The notes under the pieces were generated by a model. The model was not told the origin of the DNA. It saw only the letters and a program-made list of their open reading frames with translations, and ran no database searches. A stretch of 64,000 bases of DNA from an uncultured bacterium (GTDB taxonomy: Bacteria > Eisenbacteria > RBG-16-71-46 > CAIMUX01 > WJJG01): assembly GCA_964585945.1 (NCBI GenBank), contig CAZPGB010000019.1, positions 29,159-93,158 on the forward strand, in the 5' to 3' direction. Position numbers and translations under genes: made by a program. Numbering within the stretch: the stretch's first letter is position 1; every line of letters begins with the position of its first letter. Of the stretch, positions 55,241 through 64,000 are shown piece by piece.

Positions 55241-56203
55241 ATGCGGCAGCCGGAAGGCGTGATCTTTGATCTGCAGCGCTACGCCATTCATGACGGGCCG
55301 GGCATTCGCACGACCATCTACTTCAAGGGCTGTCCGCTGGTCTGCGACTGGTGCCACAACCCAGAGGGCCAGGACCCGGATGCTCAGCTCCTGATCGATC
55401 CCTCGCGTTGCATCCGGTGCGGCGCGTGCGCGCAGGTCTGCCCCGAGGGCCTGGCGGCGCCCGCCCCAGGGGGTGTCGGGGACGAGGCCGCGGCGTCCGA
55501 TGGCGCCGCGGCGGACGGGCGCGGGGATGAGCCGACCGCCGGGCGGTGTCGCCGGTGCGGCCGGTGTGCCGAGGCGTGTCCGGCCCAGGCCCGGCGCATG
55601 GCCGGACGGTGGGTATCAGCGGAGCGTCTGGTGGACGAGATCGAGCGCGATCGGCCCTTCTTCGAGAGCTCGGGCGGCGGCGTGACCTTCTCGGGCGGCG
55701 AGCCCTTGTTGCAGGCGACGTTCCTGCTGGCGACCCTCGCCGAATGCCGCCGTCGCGGTCTTCATCGCGTAGTCGACACCTGCGGATACGCCCCGCCCGC
55801 GACGCTGTCGGCCGTCGCCGAGGAGACCGATCTGTTCCTCTTCGACCTGAAGACCATCGACCCGCAGCGCCATCGCGCGCACACCGGCGTTGCGCTGGAA
55901 CCGATCCTCGCGAACCTGCGCCTGCTGGACGATCGCGGGGCGGTGGTCTGGATCCGGACCCCCTTGATCGCGGGTTTCAATGATACCCCCGAACAGATCG
56001 AAGCGATGGGTCGCCTGGTCGCCTCGCTGAACCAGGTGCGGCGCATCCACCTGCTGCCGTATCATCGCGGCGCCGAGGCCAAGCTCGCGCGTCTGGGGCG
56101 GGCGCCTGGGCCCACGCCCTACGCCACGCCGCATTTGGAAGAGCTGGAAGGGGCCCGCCGCCGTCTGGAGCGTCTCGGCCTGGAGGCGATCGCGGGAGGA
56201 TAG
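55241..56203 (+). CDS. Glycyl-radical-enzyme activating enzyme (radical SAM with two auxiliary ferredoxin-like 4Fe-4S motifs)
   Basis: Radical-SAM motif CPLVCDWCHN. Auxiliary clusters: CIRCGACAQVCP and CRRCGRCAEACP. GGEPLL is present. Confidence 0.85.
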   Translation: MRQPEGVIFDLQRYAIHDGPGIRTTIYFKGCPLVCDWCHNPEGQDPDAQLLIDPSRCIRCGACAQVCPEGLAAPAPGGVGDEAAASDGAAADGRGDEPTAGRCRRCGRCAEACPAQARRMAGRWVSAERLVDEIERDRPFFESSGGGVTFSGGEPLLQATFLLATLAECRRRGLHRVVDTCGYAPPATLSAVAEETDLFLFDLKTIDPQRHRAHTGVALEPILANLRLLDDRGAVVWIRTPLIAGFNDTPEQIEAMGRLVASLNQVRRIHLLPYHRGAEAKLARLGRAPGPTPYATPHLEELEGARRRLERLGLEAIAGG

Positions 56204-56280
56204 CTCCGCGGTGCGGCCGCATGAGCCGGCCGACCGCGCGAGCGCCGAAGGGCGGGTTGGTAGAAAGGAAGTCCCGAGCC

Positions 56281-58641
56281 ATGACCGAACGGGTTCGTCG
56301 ACTGCGCCAGCAGAGCCTGGCCGCGCTGCCGTCGCTCAGCGCCGAGCGGGCGCGCATCGTGACGCGCTTCTACCGCGAGCAGAGCGGGAAGCACTCGGTC
56401 CCCGTGCTGCGCGCCCTTGCGTTCGAGCGCATCTGTGCGGAGAAGACGATTCATCTGGGTGCCGGGGAGCTGATCGTCGGCGAGCGGGGTCCGGCGCCCA
56501 AGGCGGTGCCCACCTTCCCGGAGCTGACCTGCCACAGCCTCGAGGACCTGCGTTTGCTCGACACGCGGCCCAAGACGCGCTATGCGGTCGCTCAAGACGT
56601 GTTTCGCGTCTACGAAGAGGAGATCATCCCCTACTGGCAGGGCCGCAGCCTCCGCGACCGCATCTTCGCCGCGATAACCCCCCAGTGGCAACGCGCGTAC
56701 GAGGCGGGCATCTTCACCGAGTTCATGGAACAGCGGGCGCCCGGACACACGGTGGCCGACGGGAAGATCTACGCCCACGGGCTGCTCGACTTCAAGGCGC
56801 GGATCGACGAGGCGCAGGGCGCGCTCGACTTCGCCCGCGACCCGCGCGCCTATTCGCGGGCCGAGCAGCTCCGCGCCATGGCCATCGCCGCCGACGCCCT
56901 GATCGCCTTCGCCCGGCGGCACGCCGAGCGCGCCCGGGAGCTGGCGGCCGCAGAAGCCGACCCGGAGCGCCGGGCCGAGCTCGAGCGGATCACCGAGATC
57001 TGCACCCACGTGCCGGCGCACGCGCCGCGCGACTTCCACGAGGCGCTCCAGGCCTACTGGTTCTGCCACCTGGCGGTGATCACCGAGCTCAATGGGTGGG
57101 ACGCGTTCAGCCCCGGGCACCTCGACCAGCACCTGGAGCCTTTCTATCGGCAAGGGCTCGCCGACGGCACGCTCTCGCGCGAACGGGCCCGCGAGCTGCT
57201 GAGCTGTTTGTTCATCAAGTTCAACAACCATCCCGCCCCTCCCAAGGTGGGCGTCACCGCGGCCGAGAGCGGCACCTACACCGACTTCGCCAACATCAAC
57301 CTGGCTGGCCTGAAGCGCGACGGCAGTGACGCTGCCGGCGAGGTGTCCTACCTGCTGCTGGAGGTGATCGACGAGCTCCATCTGCTGCAGCCCAGCCAGA
57401 ACGTGCAGATCTCGCGCCGGACCCCCGACCGGTTCCTCCACGAGGCCCTGCGCGTGATCCGCAAGGGCTACGGGTTTCCTTCGGTCTTCAACGCCGACAC
57501 GGTGGTGGCCCAGATGCTGCGCCAGGGCAAGCGGATCGAGGACGCGCGCGAGGGCGGCACCAGCGGCTGCGTGGAGACCGGGGCCTTCGGTAAGGAGGCC
57601 TACATTCTGACCGGCTACTTCAACCTGCCCAAGGTGCTGGAGCTGACGCTGCACAACGGCCGTGATCCCCGCACCGGCCTGCAGCTCGGGCCCAACACCG
57701 GTGATGCGGCGGGCCTGGCGACGTTCGATCATCTGATCCAGGCATGGCAGCGCCAGGTGGAACACTTCGTGGAGATCAAGGTCCGCGGCAATCAGGTGAT
57801 CGAGCGGCTCTACGCCGAGCAGATGCCCGCCCCGTTCCTCTCGCTGATCACCGATGACTGCATCGCCACCGGACGTGACTACAACGACGGCGGCGCCCGC
57901 TACAACACGACCTACATCCAGGGTGTCGGCATCGGCACGCTGACCGACAGCCTGGCGGCCCTGCGCACACACGTGTATCGGAGAGAAACCCTCGGCATGG
58001 CGGAGCTCCTGGCCGCCCTGGCGGAGGACTTCAGCGGCCACGATCCGCTCCTCAACCTGCTGCGGCACCGCACCCCCAAGTGGGGCAACGACGACGACGA
58101 GGCCGACGATCTGATGCGGACCGCCTTCGAAGTCTTCTTCAACGCCGTCGAGGGACGGCCCAACACCAAGGGCGGCCACTATCACATCAACATGCTGCCC
58201 ACCACGTGTCACATCTACTTCGGCTCGGTCACGGGCGCCACGCCCGACGGTCGCCGGGCGGAAGCACCGTTGTCCGAAGGCATCTCGCCGGTGCAGGGCA
58301 TGGACCGCAAGGGTCCGACCGCCGTCTTCCTGTCGGCCGCCAAGATGGACCACGTCAAGACGGGCGGCACGTTGCTCAACATGAAGTTCGTGCCGCAGGT
58401 GCTCGGCGGCGAGGACGGGCTGGCCAAGCTGGCGGCCCTGGTGCGCACCTACTTCCGCCTGGGCGGCCACCATGTCCAGTTCAACGTGGTGCGCGCCGAG
58501 ACGCTGCGGGCCGCCCAGTCCGATCCCGACGCGCACCGTGACCTGATCGTGCGCGTGGCCGGATACAGCGACTACTTCTGCGATCTGTCCGAGGCGCTGC
58601 AGAACGAGATCATCGCGCGCACCGAGCAGCAGCTCTCCTGA
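56281..58641 (+). CDS. Glycyl radical enzyme of the dehydratase/lyase (Cys-x-Glu) class; substrate unknown (HypD / CutC / glycerol-dehydratase-like)
   Basis: AAAGGAAG RBS. Thiyl-loop motif GGTSGCVETGAFGKE (C-x-E). C-terminal glycine-radical motif RVAGYSDYFCDL. Confidence 0.8.
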   Translation: MTERVRRLRQQSLAALPSLSAERARIVTRFYREQSGKHSVPVLRALAFERICAEKTIHLGAGELIVGERGPAPKAVPTFPELTCHSLEDLRLLDTRPKTRYAVAQDVFRVYEEEIIPYWQGRSLRDRIFAAITPQWQRAYEAGIFTEFMEQRAPGHTVADGKIYAHGLLDFKARIDEAQGALDFARDPRAYSRAEQLRAMAIAADALIAFARRHAERARELAAAEADPERRAELERITEICTHVPAHAPRDFHEALQAYWFCHLAVITELNGWDAFSPGHLDQHLEPFYRQGLADGTLSRERARELLSCLFIKFNNHPAPPKVGVTAAESGTYTDFANINLAGLKRDGSDAAGEVSYLLLEVIDELHLLQPSQNVQISRRTPDRFLHEALRVIRKGYGFPSVFNADTVVAQMLRQGKRIEDAREGGTSGCVETGAFGKEAYILTGYFNLPKVLELTLHNGRDPRTGLQLGPNTGDAAGLATFDHLIQAWQRQVEHFVEIKVRGNQVIERLYAEQMPAPFLSLITDDCIATGRDYNDGGARYNTTYIQGVGIGTLTDSLAALRTHVYRRETLGMAELLAALAEDFSGHDPLLNLLRHRTPKWGNDDDEADDLMRTAFEVFFNAVEGRPNTKGGHYHINMLPTTCHIYFGSVTGATPDGRRAEAPLSEGISPVQGMDRKGPTAVFLSAAKMDHVKTGGTLLNMKFVPQVLGGEDGLAKLAALVRTYFRLGGHHVQFNVVRAETLRAAQSDPDAHRDLIVRVAGYSDYFCDLSEALQNEIIARTEQQLS

Positions 58642-58678
58642 ACATCCGATCCGCGACGGACGACCGGCGGCACCGGGG

Positions 58679-60391
58679 CTAGCCGTCCATGTAGGGGCCA
58701 GCCTGGAGGACGGTGCGCGGCAAGCGGGGCGCGAAGCGCCGCAGGTTCGCATCCAACCGCGCCGCTTCGCCGGGCCCGACCGCGTAGAGGGTCACCGTAT
58801 CGCCGCCGGTCACCACGTTGTGCTGGATGCGCCACTGGCCCAGCGGTTGCCACCCGCCTGGGATTCGGAGCCAGTTGTCGTAGACGATCGCGATTTGCAC
58901 ACCCTCGTCCTGCAGAAGCCGCTCGAGCGCGCGGGCGTGGTAGGACCGCGTCCGCCGCAGCGTGGCCACCTCGCGGTGCGCGAGACCGACCAGGTCGACG
59001 CAGTGGATGTCGGCCAGGTAGTTGACCGCCCCGATGTCGTTCACCGCCACCACTGCGCCCGGGTAGTAGTCGCGGAGGAACCGGCCCATCTGGATCTGCT
59101 GCTCGTAGATGTTGGCCATGGCGCGCGGCGCCTCCAGCGTGGCGCGCACGGCGCGGTCGCCCAGACCCGCCGCGGCCAGGACGATCGCCAGCAGCAGCGC
59201 CCAGCGACCGGGCGGGCGCAGTTGGGCGGCCACATCGCCCGTCTCCCCCCCGCGTGACAGCTCCAGCCAGCCCACCGCCAGGGTGAGCAGTCCCAGGCCG
59301 ACCAGATAGGCCTCGTAGCGATAGAACCAGCCGACATCGGCCAGGGCGACGTGCAGCAGGGTGGCACCCACGAAGAGGACGGTCAGGTCGGCGCCGGCGC
59401 GGGGTTGCTCCGCCTGCGGCTTCGCCCGCAGCAATCGCACCCGCAGCAGCAGGGCGGCGATCAAGAGCAGGAGCAGGTGCGGATTGTTGAGCAGCCGGCG
59501 CAGGACAATGAGCCCAGTGAGGGTCTTGACGGCCTGCCCGGCGCTCTCGGTAGGTAGATTGGCCTTCAGCAACATCGAGTTGGGGAAGAAGAGCCAGCCC
59601 TGGGAGACCGAGATCCAGCCGTACAGGACGACGGGCAGCGCCGCGGCCAGAACGAGGAGCGCTCCCTCGAGCAGACCGCGGCGCCGGATCAGCCACAGCG
59701 CCGCGATCAGGATCAGAAACAGGCTCTCGTAGCGGACCGCGACCATGGCGACGGTGATGAGCAACAGCGCGACTGGAATACCGCGGGCCGAGGACTTCAG
59801 ACGCCCCATCCAGGATTGCGCGAAGAGCAGCACCAGCCACAGGTGGAGCATGTGCTCCTGACCCGTTGCGATCAGCGCCGAGAACGGGACCAGCAGGATC
59901 ACCACGGCCAGCGCCGCCGCGATCAGGGCGGCGCGGCCGGCGCCCGAGCTTCGGTCGCTCTCGCCGCCGGCCACGCGCGCCAGCAGGCGCGCGCAGGTCC
60001 ACAGGACGCCGACGGCGAAGATCAGGTTGAGCACCAGTGGCACGGCGTCCCGCGGCCCGGTGACGAGGAAGACCCCGCTCAGCAGCAGCGTCCAGAGCGG
60101 CGAGGAGGAGGACGAAGAGAATTCATGGCGCGTGACGCCCCACACGCCGTGTTCCACGACGTTCTTTGCCATTGCCAGGTGGACATAGGAGTCGTCGAGC
60201 GCGTAGGTGAGCTGGCCCTCGGTCAGCGCCAGCCCGCGCAAGAGGACGAAGCCCGCCACCAGCGCCAGCAGGGCCAGGCCGATCACCATCGGCCGGAAGG
60301 TGGATGGGTCCGACGCCGCCGGGGCCGGCCGCGCATCACCTGCGCCGTTGCGGTCCCGCGACCGGCGCGTCCTGTCGCCGCGCTTCTTCAT
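58679..60391 (-). CDS. Polytopic integral membrane protein, function unknown (start may be the internal MVIGLALLALVAG at ~60289)
   Basis: About 12 predicted TM helices plus a C-terminal soluble domain. No confident family assignment. Confidence 0.45.
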   Translation of the reverse strand: MKKRGDRTRRSRDRNGAGDARPAPAASDPSTFRPMVIGLALLALVAGFVLLRGLALTEGQLTYALDDSYVHLAMAKNVVEHGVWGVTRHEFSSSSSSPLWTLLLSGVFLVTGPRDAVPLVLNLIFAVGVLWTCARLLARVAGGESDRSSGAGRAALIAAALAVVILLVPFSALIATGQEHMLHLWLVLLFAQSWMGRLKSSARGIPVALLLITVAMVAVRYESLFLILIAALWLIRRRGLLEGALLVLAAALPVVLYGWISVSQGWLFFPNSMLLKANLPTESAGQAVKTLTGLIVLRRLLNNPHLLLLLIAALLLRVRLLRAKPQAEQPRAGADLTVLFVGATLLHVALADVGWFYRYEAYLVGLGLLTLAVGWLELSRGGETGDVAAQLRPPGRWALLLAIVLAAAGLGDRAVRATLEAPRAMANIYEQQIQMGRFLRDYYPGAVVAVNDIGAVNYLADIHCVDLVGLAHREVATLRRTRSYHARALERLLQDEGVQIAIVYDNWLRIPGGWQPLGQWRIQHNVVTGGDTVTLYAVGPGEAARLDANLRRFAPRLPRTVLQAGPYMDG

Positions 60392-60422
60392 GTGGGGTGC
60401 ATCCTAAGCCCGTGGCACGGGC

Positions 60423-60929
60423 CTACTCAAGCCGCCCGTCGGCCGGTCCCAGCGCCTTGACAAACCGCGTGGCGGGCAGGTCGAGGTCGGGAAAGCGGCA
60501 GACCGATTCTCCGGCCTCCTCGAAGTTCATGCGGCGATAGAAGCCCCCGTTGGTGCGGGGGATGATGGTGTCGACCCACAACGTGTCGACCTCGGGCCAC
60601 GCTTCGCCAAGCCAGAGCTCGGCGTGCCGCAGGCACGCTCGGCCGAGGCCCTGTCCGATGTGCGCCAGATCGATATAGATGAGCCCGATCTCCGCGACGC
60701 GCGGTTCGTGGCGCTGGAGGGTGATGAACCCCACAGTCCGGCCTTCCCGCTCGACCACGAAGAACGCCCCCTCGCGGGCCATGCGCCGGTAGTCTTCGTC
60801 CGCGAAGGCAGCGACGCCTGCCGCCACACCCCGCGGACCCAGCTCCTCCAGGAAGAGCTTCTCGAAGGCTTCGATGCGGATCCGCCGGCAGACCGGGGCG
60901 TCGGATTCGCGAAACGCTCGAATGTGCAC
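60423..60929 (-). CDS. GNAT-family N-acetyltransferase
   Basis: Acetyl-CoA-binding motif IQGQGLGRACL-like: HIGQGLGRACLRHAE. Confidence 0.85.
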   Translation of the reverse strand: MHIRAFRESDAPVCRRIRIEAFEKLFLEELGPRGVAAGVAAFADEDYRRMAREGAFFVVEREGRTVGFITLQRHEPRVAEIGLIYIDLAHIGQGLGRACLRHAELWLGEAWPEVDTLWVDTIIPRTNGGFYRRMNFEEAGESVCRFPDLDLPATRFVKALGPADGRLE

Positions 60930-60969
60930 GCCCTACCCCCTGATGGCGTCGACTGCCTTGATCTCTAAA

Positions 60970-61090
60970 ACCAGCCAATTTCCGGATATGAAACGTATTG
61001 GCTGTATAAATCGCTCGACTTTTCTTTATTGACATCGGAGAATACATCCAATTTGGCCGATATTGGCTTAGAGTCTCACTATTGGCAGTC
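60970..61090. promoter_or_regulatory. AT-richer divergent promoter region with five ATTGGC/GCCAAT motif copies and a TTGACA hexamer; candidate MocR operator
   Basis: GCCAAT at 60974, ATTGGC at 60997, CCAATTTGGCC at 61049, ATTGGC at 61062 and 61081. TTGACA at 61029. Confidence 0.35.
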
Positions 61091-61108
61091 ATTGGGAGGG
61101 CCAAGCTC

Positions 61109-62626
61109 ATGAAGCCGTCCGATCTCGGTCTGCGGATCGATCGCTCCGCGAGCCTGCCGATCTACCGGCAGATCGTACGTCAAATCCGCGAACAGGTTCG
61201 CGAGGGGCGGTTGCGGGCCGGCGAGTTGCTGCCCCCCGAGCGTCAGTTGGCCGATGCGCTGGGCGTCAACCGCACGACGGTGCTCAACGCCTACGCCGCA
61301 CTGAAGCGCCAGGGGCTGGTCTCGGCCCACGTGGGGCGTGGGACCCTCGTCCTGCCCATGCCCGGCGCGGCGGGCGCGCAAGGATCGGCCCTGCATTGGG
61401 GCCAGCTCTTCAGCGAGGCATCGGCCCGCGATCCGAACCCGGTCATCCGCGACCTGCTCGAGATCTCCGAGCGCGAGGGGATCATCTCGCTGTCGATCGG
61501 GTTGCCCTGTCCGCGTCTTCTGCCGCTCGAGCTGTACGAAGGGGTCACCGCCGCGGTGGCGCGCGAGATCGGCGCGCCCGCCCTGCTGCACGGACCGACC
61601 GAGGGCATCACCCCACTGCGCGAAGGCCTGGCCGCGTGGCTCGGCCGGCGCGGCGTGGACTGCACGGCGTCGAACGTGCTGGTCCTTTCGGGATCGCAGC
61701 AGGGCCTCGACCTGGTGGCGCGCGCGTTTCTGGATCCGGGCGACGCGGTGATCGTGGAGGAGCCCTCCTACTTCGGCGCCATGCAGACGTTCCGATCGGC
61801 TCAGGCCCGGCTGGTCGGGGTGCCCTGCGACGAGGACGGCCTGAGGACCGATCTGCTGGCCCAACTGCTCGAGCGGCAGCGACCCAAGTTGATCTACACG
61901 CTGCCGACGTTTCAGAACCCCTCGGGCCGGGTCATGTCGCTCGAACGACGCCGGGAGCTGCTGGCGCTCGCCGCACGCCACCGGGTGCCGATTCTGGAGG
62001 ACGATCCCTACGGCGAGCTGCGCTACGACGGGGAGTCGTTGCCCAGCCTCAAGGCCCTGGACGAACAGGGGACGGTGCTCTACTTGAGCACTATGTCGAA
62101 GATGCTCTTTCCCGGTCTGCGCGTGGGGTGGCTCGTCGCGCCGCCGGAGGTCGTCCAACGATTGACGCTGGTGAAGCAGACGGTCGACCTGCAGTGCAAC
62201 ACTCCCGGGCAATGGGTCCTCGAGAGGTTCTTGAGCGCGGGCCATCTCGACGAGCACGTGGAGACGCTGCGGCGGGCCTACACGCGCAAGCGTGACGTGA
62301 TGCATGAAGTGCTGACTCGGGAAGCGCCCGAGGGCACGCAGTGGCGCAAGCCTCAGGGCGGCTTCTACGTCTGGTGCCGGCTTCCCGAGGACGTGGAACG
62401 ATCACGTCTGATCGCCCTCGCCGCCGAACAGGGGGTCTCCTTCCTCCCCGGGTGGATCTGTTACGTCCACGACCCGGGAGCGTCGGACCTGCGACTGAAC
62501 TTCACCTACGCCACGGAGGATGAGATCGCACAAGGCGTGCAGCGACTGATGCAGTCGGCGCGCGCAAGCCGGGGTGCGGGGCGGGCGCGATCGCTCAGCG
62601 CCATCGGCACGCCGCCGATTGTGTGA
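61109..62626 (+). CDS. MocR/GabR-family transcriptional regulator (GntR-type wHTH + fold-type I aminotransferase-like domain)
   Basis: GGGAGGG RBS. HTH segment: LPPERQLADALGVNRTTVLNAYAALKRQGLV. The aminotransferase domain includes the SKMLFPGLRVGW PLP-lysine region. Confidence 0.85.
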   Translation: MKPSDLGLRIDRSASLPIYRQIVRQIREQVREGRLRAGELLPPERQLADALGVNRTTVLNAYAALKRQGLVSAHVGRGTLVLPMPGAAGAQGSALHWGQLFSEASARDPNPVIRDLLEISEREGIISLSIGLPCPRLLPLELYEGVTAAVAREIGAPALLHGPTEGITPLREGLAAWLGRRGVDCTASNVLVLSGSQQGLDLVARAFLDPGDAVIVEEPSYFGAMQTFRSAQARLVGVPCDEDGLRTDLLAQLLERQRPKLIYTLPTFQNPSGRVMSLERRRELLALAARHRVPILEDDPYGELRYDGESLPSLKALDEQGTVLYLSTMSKMLFPGLRVGWLVAPPEVVQRLTLVKQTVDLQCNTPGQWVLERFLSAGHLDEHVETLRRAYTRKRDVMHEVLTREAPEGTQWRKPQGGFYVWCRLPEDVERSRLIALAAEQGVSFLPGWICYVHDPGASDLRLNFTYATEDEIAQGVQRLMQSARASRGAGRARSLSAIGTPPIV

Positions 62627-62681
62627 CGCGTTCCGGTCGACCTGGCCGAGAGACGATTCACCGCGTGATGGAGGAAGCGAC

Positions 62682-63884
62682 ATGGCTACGCAACTCGCCC
62701 GCCGCATGGAGCAGATGAAGGCTTCGGAGATCCGAGAGATTCTAAAGCTCACGGCCAAGCCCGAGGTGATCTCCTTCGCCGGCGGCTTGCCGGCCGCGGA
62801 GCTGATGCCCGTGGAGGAGATGGTCGCCGTTTGCCGCGAGGCACTCGAACAAGACGGGCGCCGCGCGCTGCAGTACTCCACCACCGAGGGTCATCCGGGC
62901 CTGCGGGCGGCCATCGCCGCCCGGATGAATCGGCAAGCGGGGAGCCGTCTCGAAGCGGAGCACGTCCTCATCACCACCGGATCGCAGCAAGGCCTCGACC
63001 TGACGGGCAAGCTCTTCCTGGACGAAGGGGACGTCGTGCTCTGCGAGAGCCCCACCTACCTGGGCGCCATCAATGCCTTCCGTGTCTATGGACCCACGTT
63101 CGTCGAGGTGCCCACCGATGACGACGGGATGATCCTTCCGGAGCTCGAACGCCTGCTGCAACAGCACGCTCGCATCAAGTTCATCTATGTCGTGCCCGAC
63201 TTCCAGAACCCATCGGGTCGAACCTGGTCGCTGCGGCGGCGACGTGCTTTCATGGACCTGGTCTCCTACTACGAGGTGCCGGTCATCGAGGACCGGCCCT
63301 ACTCCGAGCTCTACTTCGAGGGTGAGCCCCTGTCCTCGCTGCAGTCCCTGGACCGATCGGGGTTGGTGATCTCTCTGGGCACCTTCTCGAAGATCCTGTG
63401 CCCCGGGCTGCGCGTGGCCTGGCTGGTCGCGACGCCCGAGCTCTTGCGACGCTATGTGCTGGTCAAGCAGAGCACCGACCTGCACACCGCGACCTTGGCC
63501 CAGGAGCAGGTGCACCTGTATCTGGCGCGATACGAACTGGAGGGGCGGCTGGAGACGATGAGAGCCGTCTACCGAGAGCGACGCGACGGCATGCTGGCCG
63601 CCATCGAGCGCGCCTTCCCCCCCGGCGTACGCTACACGCGTCCCGGCGGGGGCCTGTTCCTGTGGGTGGAGCTGCCCGAGCGGCTATGCGCGCGTGCTCT
63701 TCTGCAGCGGGCTCTCGCCCGCGACGTCGCCTTCGTGCCCGGGGGCTCCTTCTTTCCCAACGGCGGTCACGAGAACACGCTGCGTCTCAGCTTCTCGACC
63801 ATGACGCCCGACCGGATCGCAACGGGCATCGAGCGCCTGGGCGAGACCCTTCTTGACGCCCTCACGGAACCCGCGGCTTCGTGA
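62682..63884 (+). CDS. PLP-dependent aminotransferase, MocR-subfamily paralog lacking the HTH domain (2-aminoadipate/aromatic aminotransferase-like)
   Basis: GGAGGAAG RBS. Starts MATQLARRMEQMKASEIREILK. The PLP-lysine region is SKILCPGLRVAW. About 40% identical to the regulator's effector domain (by eye). Confidence 0.8.
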   Translation: MATQLARRMEQMKASEIREILKLTAKPEVISFAGGLPAAELMPVEEMVAVCREALEQDGRRALQYSTTEGHPGLRAAIAARMNRQAGSRLEAEHVLITTGSQQGLDLTGKLFLDEGDVVLCESPTYLGAINAFRVYGPTFVEVPTDDDGMILPELERLLQQHARIKFIYVVPDFQNPSGRTWSLRRRRAFMDLVSYYEVPVIEDRPYSELYFEGEPLSSLQSLDRSGLVISLGTFSKILCPGLRVAWLVATPELLRRYVLVKQSTDLHTATLAQEQVHLYLARYELEGRLETMRAVYRERRDGMLAAIERAFPPGVRYTRPGGGLFLWVELPERLCARALLQRALARDVAFVPGGSFFPNGGHENTLRLSFSTMTPDRIATGIERLGETLLDALTEPAAS

Positions 63885-64000
63885 AGCCCGGCGCGCCGAC
63901 CAGCGCAATCCCCACCGCAATTCCTCGTCGCCGGGCAGCCGAATCGCTGCAACGGCTCGACATCCCTGGTAGGATGGACCATCGGTGATCCAGGTGGTTC

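Overview
This is a high-GC (~70%) bacterial chromosomal window, gene-dense on both strands. The six-frame track is full of long antisense and wrong-frame 'shadow' ORFs typical of high-GC DNA, so I kept only ORFs with recognisable domains, signal peptides, ribosome-binding sites or operon context. Five secreted proteins end in a C-terminal beta-sandwich domain of the type IX secretion (T9SS, Por_Secre_tail / FlgD-Ig-like) kind: a lipase-like hydrolase, a thioredoxin-like protein, a C25 peptidase, a beta-helix protein and an S8 protease. T9SS cargo at this GC content points to an FCB-superphylum organism, possibly Gemmatimonadota-like (inference only). Housekeeping and metabolic content includes: a complete GlgE-type alpha-glucan cluster (glgX, GT4 glgA/glgM-like, glgE, treS-mak fusion, glgB); ilvE; an msrB-msrA fusion; an RRM RNA-binding protein; a pruA / glycyl-radical-enzyme-activase / glycyl-radical-enzyme operon; a MocR-family regulator with an HTH-less aminotransferase paralog; a Ser/Thr kinase - HEAT-cyclophilin - DUF2179 operon; an FHA-GAF-PP2C phosphatase; a sensor histidine kinase; and a DnaQ-exonuclease/GIY-YIG nuclease plus SbcD-like phosphoesterase pair whose start codon sits inside a GAAC-N4-GTTC palindrome (candidate SOS box). 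The most interesting feature is a T9SS-targeted protein at 5547..7592. Its signal peptide and body are in the same frame, separated only by an in-frame TGA that falls exactly where the first Cys of a thioredoxin WCGPC motif would be, giving S-U-G-Y-C. A bulged hairpin with SECIS-like geometry starts 11 nt downstream. This is a candidate secreted selenocysteine (UxxC) thioredoxin-fold protein, divergently adjacent to a signal-peptide-bearing MsrB-MsrA. Also notable is a 1561-aa lipoprotein built from about 16 tandem ~96-aa Cys-containing Kre9/KNH1-like beta-sandwich repeats. No CRISPR arrays, rRNA/tRNA genes or obvious mobile elements were seen.
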